The notes: generated by a model not told the origin, from the sequence alone. Numbered from the stretch's first letter, positions 19,787 to 26,384 are shown. The stretch is 64,000 nt of DNA from an uncultured Christensenella sp. (GCA_964434265.1 CAYSUK010000001.1:240391-304390), one strand, 5' to 3'. Numbers and translations: made by a program.

Positions 19787-20734
19787 TTAAACTAAAATTA
19801 AGAAAAAGACCAAAACAAACATCGCATTAAAAATAAGTGCATCAACTCTATCCATAACTCCGCCGTGGCCTGGGAAAATTGTGCCATAGTCCTTTACACG
19901 GGCATGACGTTTGAGCGCACTAGCAACAAGGTCACCGCATTGGCTAATTACCGAGCCAAGTACGCCCAATAATACTATATGCCAGATTTTGCCACCAATA
20001 GCACTATAAGCAGTAATAAAACCGCTATTTGTAATAAAAATCAAATACAACAAGAGTGCACTAACGACACCGCCAAAGAGTCCACCCACGCTACCACTAA
20101 TGGTTTTGTTTGGACTGATACGCGGACAAAGTTTTGGCCCACGAATCGAACTTCCAACAAGATACGCAAATGTGTCTGTGCAGACAGTAACAACAATCGC
20201 CAACAACAACACAAATAGCGACAATATATCACCATTTATTTTGAGCGATACGACCGAACCAAGTTCGGCAAAGTGGTTAAGCATGATAAGTGCCATAAAT
20301 AATATACTTGGATAGAATACTAAGAAAAGCGAATTAAAGGCCTTTTCATAGGCATAAGCAGTACTAGTAACATCTGTCAAATGATACTTGTCCATCTCGG
20401 CGCTTGTAGTTTTTTTCATAAAAATAGTGAGCAAAAAAACGACAAAAAAGTACAATATCAAGATGCCCAGAAGTGCTACCACATAATATTGCCAAGTAAG
20501 TTGTTTTTTAATAAGCACAATAGTCGCTATGTACATAACGGCGGGAATTGAGCCCGCAATAGCAATATGTGTATAACTCTTAAAACGTTCCATTACACGA
20601 GCAATCTCGACACATGCCATAACAGCAAGGCCTGCAAAAACAAGGTCAAAAACATACAAAGTAAGTTCTCTTGACGCAATGGCAATTATAAGCCCGAGTG
20701 TAATAAAAATACTAGTTATAAATCTTTTTTTCAT
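19787..20734 (-). CDS. cdsA: Phosphatidate cytidylyltransferase
   Basis: 315-aa polytopic protein; C-terminal SALKRHARVKDYGTIFPGHGGVMDRVD signature. Confidence 0.9.
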   Translation of the reverse strand: MKKRFITSIFITLGLIIAIASRELTLYVFDLVFAGLAVMACVEIARVMERFKSYTHIAIAGSIPAVMYIATIVLIKKQLTWQYYVVALLGILILYFFVVFLLTIFMKKTTSAEMDKYHLTDVTSTAYAYEKAFNSLFLVFYPSILFMALIMLNHFAELGSVVSLKINGDILSLFVLLLAIVVTVCTDTFAYLVGSSIRGPKLCPRISPNKTISGSVGGLFGGVVSALLLYLIFITNSGFITAYSAIGGKIWHIVLLGVLGSVISQCGDLVASALKRHARVKDYGTIFPGHGGVMDRVDALIFNAMFVLVFFLILV

Positions 20735-21440
20735 TTTGTTCTTCCTTTATCGCACCAAAACGGCGATTTCTTTTGTTAAAACTTTTAAGCGCTTTGTATA
20801 GCTGTTTTTTGTGAAAATCTGGCCAATATGTCTTTGGGAAATATAGTTCGGAGTATGCCATTTGCCAAAGCATAAAATTGCTTATCCGAAGTTCGCCACT
20901 TGTGCGCACTACAAAGTCAGGATACGGAAGTCCCGCAGTGTACAAGCGGTCTTCAAACATAGCCTTGTCGACACACTCGACCTTGTCGCTAAGTAAACTA
21001 TTTACTGCTCTCAAGATGTCGTCATGCCCACCATAATTTATGCCCATATTAAGCACCATTTTGTCGCTGTGCTTTGTGGCTTCAATGGCGCGATTGGCAT
21101 TTTCGACAAGGTTTTCAGGGAATTTTGTGTAGTCGCCCATAATGCGGATTTGTATCCCGAGCCGGTTAAATTCGGCCTGACGGTCATCATCGAAAAAGTC
21201 GGCAAACAAATCAAACAGCCCATCAAGTTCGGCTTTTGGCCTGTTCCAGTTTTCGGTCGAGAACCCAAAAATACTCACAACTTCTATGCCAAGATTGGCG
21301 CATTCGTATATTATTTCTTCGAGCGTTTTTACACCTTCACGATGCCCAAACATACGTGGAAGTCCACGCTTTTTAGCCCAGCGCCCATTTCCATCAATTA
21401 TAAATGCAATGTGCTTTGGAATTTTCTTAAACTTTGCCAT
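20712..21440 (-). CDS. uppS: Undecaprenyl-diphosphate synthase
   Basis: 242 aa; HIAFIIDGNGRWA and RTSGELRISNFMLWQ motifs. Confidence 0.95.
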   Translation of the reverse strand: MAKFKKIPKHIAFIIDGNGRWAKKRGLPRMFGHREGVKTLEEIIYECANLGIEVVSIFGFSTENWNRPKAELDGLFDLFADFFDDDRQAEFNRLGIQIRIMGDYTKFPENLVENANRAIEATKHSDKMVLNMGINYGGHDDILRAVNSLLSDKVECVDKAMFEDRLYTAGLPYPDFVVRTSGELRISNFMLWQMAYSELYFPKTYWPDFHKKQLYKALKSFNKRNRRFGAIKEEQNEKKIYN

Positions 21441-21489
21441 AACTATCTCCTATCTCCAAAATCTTTTGTACTCCAAGCACACAAGTGCA

Positions 21490-22059
21490 TTATACTTCCA
21501 TAATGTCTTTTACTTTATTTGCACAAAGTTTGTCAAGACGTGCTATGCTATCGTCAATAGTTTTTTGAACGTCTTTTTCAAGTCTGTCATACTCGTCTTC
21601 GGTAATTGTCGAATTTTTCTTCATCGACTTAAATTCGTCAAGTGTATCCCTACGTGCATTACGTACGACAACTTTTGTGCTCTCAGTAAGCTTGTTTACT
21701 TCTTTTGAAAGTTCTTTACGTCGCTCTTCGGTAAGTTGTGGGAATACAAGTCTAATAACACGACCATCATCGCTAGGATTTACACCAAGATTTGCCGATT
21801 CGATGGCCTTTGATACATTTTTAAGTTGGGATATATCCCATACACTCACAAGCACCATACGCGCTTCGGGGACAGACACTGTCGCCATTTGGCTGACAGG
21901 AGTCATTGTGCCATAGTAGTCCACCATCACACGTTCGACAATACGTGGGTTTGCTCTCCCCGCACGTATTTGCAATAGCTCGTCAGTGTAATGCTCTATG
22001 GCTTTATCTATCGAACTTTGCATATCTTCTAAATATAGTTCTACTTCTTCGTTGTACAT
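21490..22059 (-). CDS. frr: Ribosome recycling factor
   Basis: Track ORF starts at GTG 22068; ATG at 22059 has a GGTGG SD 7 nt upstream; IRAGRANP motif. Confidence 0.95.
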   Translation of the reverse strand: MYNEEVELYLEDMQSSIDKAIEHYTDELLQIRAGRANPRIVERVMVDYYGTMTPVSQMATVSVPEARMVLVSVWDISQLKNVSKAIESANLGVNPSDDGRVIRLVFPQLTEERRKELSKEVNKLTESTKVVVRNARRDTLDEFKSMKKNSTITEDEYDRLEKDVQKTIDDSIARLDKLCANKVKDIMEV

Positions 22060-22089
22060 AATTTCCACCTTATTTATATAATATAACTA

Positions 22090-22118
22090 ATTTTACTAAA
22101 TAAAGTTACTTTTTGCAA
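22090..22118 (-). promoter_or_regulatory. Candidate sigma-A promoter for frr (TTGCAA-17-TAAAAT)
   Basis: -35 at 22113-22118, -10 at 22090-22095, 17-nt spacer, ~30 nt upstream of frr ATG. Confidence 0.45.
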
Positions 22119-22223
22119 ATATAATTACCCAAATTATTACACCTTTGTTATTTTTTTCCCACTCAAACATACCCCAAGCTACACAAAACTATCATTTTCG
22201 CACAACACTCACCCTTAGAGCAC

Positions 22224-22248
22224 AACAAAAAAAGACCGCAACCGGTCT
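22224..22248 (-). terminator. Rho-independent terminator after the DGR reverse transcriptase
   Basis: Stem AGACCG (22233-22238)/CGGTCT (22243-22248), then U-run on minus strand (A-run 22226-22232 on +). Confidence 0.55.
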
Positions 22249-23276
22249 CACGCACACTTACAAAACATATCTTGCACTTTGCAAAAAAAATAAAAAGCAT
22301 CGCCTTTTCTAAACAGTCCCCCATAACTTATCAGCGAAAACTCTCTTTTTCTTGCTGACAATTTTTTTATACTTACAAGGAAACCAATATTTTTCACCTT
22401 ACACATAACACGTTTTTTTACAGCTCGCCTAAGTTTTTGAACAATCTCGCCGTCATCGGACATAAAAAAATTCCATCCCAAAAACGCAACTCCGTTTTTG
22501 AGTGGAAAGATGTCTGATTTAGGATTTAATATTAAGCGGTTTTTGATAAGCACATCCCCCGCCACATCAAAGCACAACTTTGCCGTCTTCTTATCGGGCA
22601 CAACCGCCACAATATCATCCATATATCTAATATAATGTTTGACCCCAAGCCTTTCCTTAAACATGCGGTCAAGTATATCAAGATAAAGTAGCGCTATACA
22701 CTGACTGGTCTGATTCCCCATAGGAAGCCCCTTGCCCGTGTCTGGATTATAACTGTCTAGTATCTCACATAAAAGTCCAAATATATTTGTGTCTTTGACT
22801 ATCTTACCTAGCTTTTGCTTTGCAAGCTCATGGTCGATAGAAGGAAAATATTTTCTTACATCAAGTTTTACAATGTACCCCGATTTTCCATATCTCTTGT
22901 AATGCGCCAACATAAACTTTCTAAGTCGACTTATCGCAAAACTCGTACCCTTGCCCACTCGACAAGCACTGTTGTCATATATAAGATGTCTCTCAAGTAA
23001 CGGTGACAAATAATTGTCGCAAAGCGAATGCTGTACAATGCGGTCACGATAAGATATAGCTTGTATCTCTCGCTCCTTTGGGTCGTATATGGTAAATTTG
23101 TGATACCCACCCACTTTGTATCTTCCATACTTTAAGTCATAATGAAGTGACCAAAGATTTTCCGACAAATTTGCTTCAAAAAGTATGACTTCTTTCTTGT
23201 GCCTTTTACTAAGCCGTGCTCGCCTATGTGCTTTGTAAAGACTCTCAAAAGATATAATATTTTCCCAATCAGTCAT
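22248..23276 (-). CDS. DGR-type reverse transcriptase
   Basis: Start trimmed to ATG 23276 (MTDWENII...; GGAGAG SD); RT motifs incl. YIRYMDDIVAV (YMDD) and LPMGNQTSQ, which fits the DGR-RT [ILV]GxxxSQ motif; adjacent TR/VR/Avd. Confidence 0.9.
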   Translation of the reverse strand: MTDWENIISFESLYKAHRRARLSKRHKKEVILFEANLSENLWSLHYDLKYGRYKVGGYHKFTIYDPKEREIQAISYRDRIVQHSLCDNYLSPLLERHLIYDNSACRVGKGTSFAISRLRKFMLAHYKRYGKSGYIVKLDVRKYFPSIDHELAKQKLGKIVKDTNIFGLLCEILDSYNPDTGKGLPMGNQTSQCIALLYLDILDRMFKERLGVKHYIRYMDDIVAVVPDKKTAKLCFDVAGDVLIKNRLILNPKSDIFPLKNGVAFLGWNFFMSDDGEIVQKLRRAVKKRVMCKVKNIGFLVSIKKLSARKREFSLISYGGLFRKGDAFYFFCKVQDMFCKCA

Positions 23277-23290
23277 ATTCTCTCCTTTAA

Positions 23291-23359
23291 AAACAAAAAA
23301 AACCATTGGGGAATAATCCACGTATGTTAAAGCATAGCCGTAACATATCACCAATGGTT
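23291..23359 (-). other. Structured element + U-tract between TR and RT start (terminator-like; candidate 3' end or structural part of the DGR RNA)
   Basis: 9-bp outer stem AACCATTGG (23301-23309)/CCAATGGTT (23351-23359), inner 6-bp stem 23324-23329/23341-23346; on minus strand followed by UUUUUUUUGUUUUU (23291-23300). Confidence 0.5.
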
Positions 23360-23469
23360 AGTCTTCTTCTCGCCACAAATATGTGACAAAAAAGGAAAAG
23401 ATTCCTTTGCTTCCAGATACACGATGCATGTGCCTACATACACCCGCTGACTTTTCTCTTTCGATAGGA

Positions 23470-23588
23470 GCAAATCGGGAACAGCGCCGTTTATCGGATT
23501 GTTGACATTGTTGTTGTCGTTGACATTGCCCTTATTGACGTCAGAGGCATTGTTGCTGTTGTTGTAATTAGGAGACCGAAGCCAAACA
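23470..23588 (-). repeat. DGR template repeat (TR), 119 bp
   Basis: Aligns without gaps to 24301-24419 (offset 831); A-rich on coding strand with 14 AAY codons; lies between avd and RT. Confidence 0.9.
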
Positions 23589-23637
23589 TAACCAAAGCAC
23601 CAATGCACTTTCATAACCTTTTCCTATATCACTAGTC

Positions 23638-24006
23638 TTAACTAGATGATACCTGTTTTGTAGTGCTCGCTATCCACTTGCCTAGATAATACAAACTCTC
23701 CGCTTGCATTTTTGAGATTTGCTCATATTGCTTAAATAAGATACACTCTTGTTCAAATGCAAGTTGAGCAAAATAATCTAGCATAGATAGTAGCCCCTTT
23801 GCTTTGTATTGCAATTCGAGCCTTCTACTTATATCCTTTTCCATATTGGCTAGATATATAGTCTCAATTGCATCAAGTATATAGTTTTGTAGTCTTACTA
23901 TCAATGTAAACCTAAATTTCTTAGGTGATTTTTCTGTAATTGTTATTATATATTTTGCTAAATCTTTTGTTTTAGTCATTACAAATAATTCGTTTTTCTT
24001 TTGCAT
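23638..24006 (-). CDS. avd: Avd-like accessory variability determinant (four-helix-bundle protein)
   Basis: 122-aa basic helical ORF (…KKFRFTLIVRLQNYILDAIETIYLAN…) between target gene and TR, as in canonical DGRs. Confidence 0.8.
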   Translation of the reverse strand: MQKKNELFVMTKTKDLAKYIITITEKSPKKFRFTLIVRLQNYILDAIETIYLANMEKDISRRLELQYKAKGLLSMLDYFAQLAFEQECILFKQYEQISKMQAESLYYLGKWIASTTKQVSSS

Positions 24007-24064
24007 GATATTATTTCCATTCTTTTGTTATAAAGTCTTACTTAAAAAAGTAACTTTGCTTTTT

Positions 24065-24100
24065 ATATGTGAATGTGCTCCGTTCGCACCAATCACATAT
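24065..24100 (-). other. Imperfect stem-loop in target-avd spacer
   Basis: ATATGTGA (24065-24072)/TCACATAT (24093-24100) with inner GTGC/GCAC. Confidence 0.4.
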
Positions 24101-24144
24101 GCACGAGATTGGCACTCCCATTATGGTCTTTTTTTATATCCTCA

Positions 24145-24173
24145 CGGCTCGTAAAATAGCCTTTTACGAGCCG
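24145..24173 (-). other. Perfect 12-bp stem-loop in target-avd spacer
   Basis: CGGCTCGTAAAA (24145-24156), loop TAGCC, TTTTACGAGCCG (24162-24173); no adjacent U-run. Confidence 0.5.
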
Positions 24174-24210
24174 AAATAAGGTTGTTTAATTACTTTCCTA
24201 TCTTTGCTCA

Positions 24211-24238
24211 CAATCGGGCGTAAAACGCCTTACGATTG
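24211..24238 (-). other. Bipartite stem-loop in target-avd spacer
   Basis: CAATCG/CGATTG outer stem plus GGCG/CGCC inner stem with a 3-nt bulge. Confidence 0.45.
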
Positions 24239-24269
24239 CTTCACAAAGGGATTATATGATACACAACGT

Positions 24270-24296
24270 CAGTCTGTTGGTTTCACCTACAGACTG
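24270..24296 (-). other. Hairpin immediately 3' of the VR (overlaps target stop codon)
   Basis: 8-bp stem CAGTCTGT (24270-24277)/ACAGACTG (24289-24296), 11-nt loop, no U-run; starts 5 nt past the end of VR/TR homology. Confidence 0.6.
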
Positions 24297-25927
24297 AGTT
24301 GCAAAGCGGGAACAGCGCCGAAAACCGGATAGTCGACACCGTCGAGGCCGATGCCACTGCCCATAAGGACGTCAGAGGCAATGTAGCTGCCGTCGCAATA
24401 AGGAGACCGAAGCCAAACAATACCACGATCTATCAACATAATATACACAGCATGTTCTTCGTTTGTAGGATCTAGCTCGCCTACTTGTGCCTCAATAAAT
24501 TCCTTAGTATATGTAATTGCTTTTGTCGCTTTTGCATAGTCAGAAGTGCTCCATATACGGGCGGAATCAGACACAGTACGGTCAGAATTAAAGCCGTATG
24601 ATGTATTGATAAGGTCGGCATAACTTAGTGCAAATACATAGTCGTTTGTATCTTCACAAGTGTATGGGTTTTCACCACTGTTATTTGTAGTTGTTGTATT
24701 TTTACTATTGTCTACTGTTGTAAGTTGGATAAGTGACTTTTGCTCTGATGTAAATGATTTCTCATAGAAATCACCAGTAAGGAAACTACGTAATTCACTC
24801 CATTTGTAGTTGTTGGCATATACTTGTACTCCATTATCGGTCAATATATTGCCACTAGTATCTGTAGCATAATAATCACTACCACTTCGAGTGTGATTTG
24901 ATTGATATGCCATGCCTTGGAGTATGGTGTCTGATGTAATTAGTGCTGTGCCGTCAGAATTACTTAGTATTCGCCATTTGATAGGCTCGACTTTAAAGTA
25001 GTAGTCAGAACCATTTTGCATTGCTGTGCCGTCACTAGCAACATTCATTTTGTATGCAGCCAAATCGTCCCAACTCATATCAAGAAGTTCTGCATCTTCT
25101 TCAGTATAATTTATTGTCACCTTGGCATAACGTTCACCGTCACTACCTAAATAGTAGCCGTCAGAGTCAGGTGTCGATGATGTGATTGTGACATCATCGG
25201 ACTTGATAGTTTGTGGGAATGAGCCAAAGGTAATATACTTACCGTCTTCGGATAATTCATATAGATTCTCTGTAGGGGCAAGTTCTTCAAAGTATGGTAT
25301 GAAATCTACGATAGTAGTAGGTACTTCTCCGCTCTCGCCATGGATTTGGCTTTGGATTACTACTCCTTTCATGGATATTGTACATTTTTGACCGCTGGCT
25401 GAATTGCCGAGTGAGTTTGGGAATGTGATAGGTACTGTGAATTTGATAGTAGTTCCGCTTGTAGTAGGTGTAAATACTTTTAGATTTGCTGTGTTTGATT
25501 TTTCTGCTAGGTACAAGTCACCATTGTATACTACCATGACTGTATCTGTAGACTTTGTGCCATTGATAGTGACGTCATATGTACTACCTGCGGTGAGTGT
25601 AAGTTTTGCGCCCGTAGAGCCTGCTTTGAGTGATGGGATTACTTTTAGTACTCCGCTTGTAGGGTCGCCATCTGTTCCGTTTTTCACTACAAGTGTAGTC
25701 TCTACATCGACTGTTTGGCTAGGCACGACTGTGAGTCCGTCGCTAGTCGCTACTGACACACCATTCTCGCCATCAAACTCGATTGATGCACCGAGTTTGA
25801 TTTCCGTACTGCCACTCTTACTATCGCCAAAGAATGCGACAGTAAGTCCGATAGTTGCACCGACGCATAGGACTAGTATGAGTGCCATGCAGACTAGCAT
25901 TTTGTGAAATTTAAATTGACTTTTCAT
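24287..25927 (-). CDS. DGR target (variable) protein: N-terminal TM/signal, beta-rich stalk domain, C-terminal lectin-like variable domain
   Basis: 546 aa; N-terminal hydrophobic helix ending ...TVAFFGDSK; FGSFPQT...IKWRILS...VFALSYADL...VWLRSP pattern as seen in Firmicutes DGR variable proteins; VR at extreme C-terminus; GGAGA SD. Confidence 0.85.
   Translation of the reverse strand: MKSQFKFHKMLVCMALILVLCVGATIGLTVAFFGDSKSGSTEIKLGASIEFDGENGVSVATSDGLTVVPSQTVDVETTLVVKNGTDGDPTSGVLKVIPSLKAGSTGAKLTLTAGSTYDVTINGTKSTDTVMVVYNGDLYLAEKSNTANLKVFTPTTSGTTIKFTVPITFPNSLGNSASGQKCTISMKGVVIQSQIHGESGEVPTTIVDFIPYFEELAPTENLYELSEDGKYITFGSFPQTIKSDDVTITSSTPDSDGYYLGSDGERYAKVTINYTEEDAELLDMSWDDLAAYKMNVASDGTAMQNGSDYYFKVEPIKWRILSNSDGTALITSDTILQGMAYQSNHTRSGSDYYATDTSGNILTDNGVQVYANNYKWSELRSFLTGDFYEKSFTSEQKSLIQLTTVDNSKNTTTTNNSGENPYTCEDTNDYVFALSYADLINTSYGFNSDRTVSDSARIWSTSDYAKATKAITYTKEFIEAQVGELDPTNEEHAVYIMLIDRGIVWLRSPYCDGSYIASDVLMGSGIGLDGVDYPVFGAVPALQLSL
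24301..24419 (-). repeat. DGR variable repeat (VR), last ~39 codons of the target gene
   Basis: 93/119 identity to TR; 25 of 26 mismatches at TR adenines (coding strand); invariant flanks VWLRSP and GGCGCTGTTCCCG. Confidence 0.9.
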
Positions 25928-26027
25928 TTGTTTTCTCCATTTTCCATTTTTATTCTACCCATATATGAGTGGATTTATATATATAATATAACTTATACTC
26001 TTTCTTGACATTATTCTATTCAAGTTT

Positions 26028-26059
26028 ATTATATGATACCCCCCCCCCCGCCTTGTCAA
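26028..26059 (-). promoter_or_regulatory. Candidate promoter of the DGR target gene with the G11 tract in its spacer
   Basis: Minus strand TTGACA (26054-26059), aggc+G11, TATCAT (26033-26038) overlapping TATAAT (26028-26033); spacers 15 and 20 nt. Confidence 0.35.
26039..26049. repeat. Homopolymer C11 (+) / G11 (-)
   Basis: Direct reading: cc at 26039-26040 plus ccccccccc at 26041-26049; I saw no other G/C run of comparable length in the window. Confidence 0.9.
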
Positions 26060-26160
26060 ATGAATTTGAGCAAGTTGTGGGAAAAAAGGAAAATTTTTTT
26101 ATAAAAAAACACTCTTCAAAGAAATGTCAAAAGTAAAAAAGGCAAGTAGTGCTAGGCTCA

Positions 26161-26193
26161 GAAAGAAAAAATAGCATGAGAATACTCATGCTA
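26161..26193 (-). terminator. Terminator-like hairpin in the tsf-DGR spacer
   Basis: 9-bp stem TAGCATGAG (26172-26180)/CTCATGCTA (26185-26193), U-run on minus strand. Confidence 0.4.
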
Positions 26194-26306
26194 TATGATT
26201 GGTATTTTTTCTTTCTAGAAACAACGCAATGCGCCGTCTTTTTTTATATCCAATCTCTCTTCAAGAAAATCTCAAACAAAACAAAAGCAAGAGAGACAAG
26301 GAAAAT

Positions 26307-26360
26307 AAAAAAATCAGGCCGGGAGCATACTCGATGCTATGTGACCTGCCTGATTTTTTG
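26307..26360 (-). terminator. Rho-independent (bidirectional-looking) terminator after tsf
   Basis: Outer stem ATCAGGC (26313-26319)/GCCTGAT (26348-26354) extended by A6/T6, inner AGCAT/ATGCT stem. Confidence 0.7.
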
Positions 26361-26384
26361 TATTGACGCCGTATGTCGACGCTT

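Noticed and set aside
22248-23354. Reverse transcriptase as a retron or group II intron RT
   Set aside because: No intron RNA domains, maturase/En domains or msr/msd-like repeats were seen. The adjacent TR/VR pair with A-specific mismatches, the Avd-like ORF and the GxxxSQ motif all point to a DGR. The first 26 codons of the track ORF were also trimmed in favour of the SD-preceded ATG at 23276.
23348-23614. 88-aa minus-strand ORF (MKVHWCFGYVWLRSPNYNNSNNASDVNKGNVNDNNNVNN...)
   Set aside because: It is the DGR template repeat read through in frame. The Asn-rich low-complexity translation derives from AAY-rich TR DNA, there is no SD, and it overlaps the extended RT ORF. It is annotated as TR, not as a CDS.
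26005-26033. + strand TTGACA-17-ATTATA promoter-like pair reading rightwards into the C11 tract
   Set aside because: There is no + strand gene or plausible RNA downstream before the tsf terminator. It is probably a chance match in AT-rich DNA, or the mirror image of minus-strand promoter elements.
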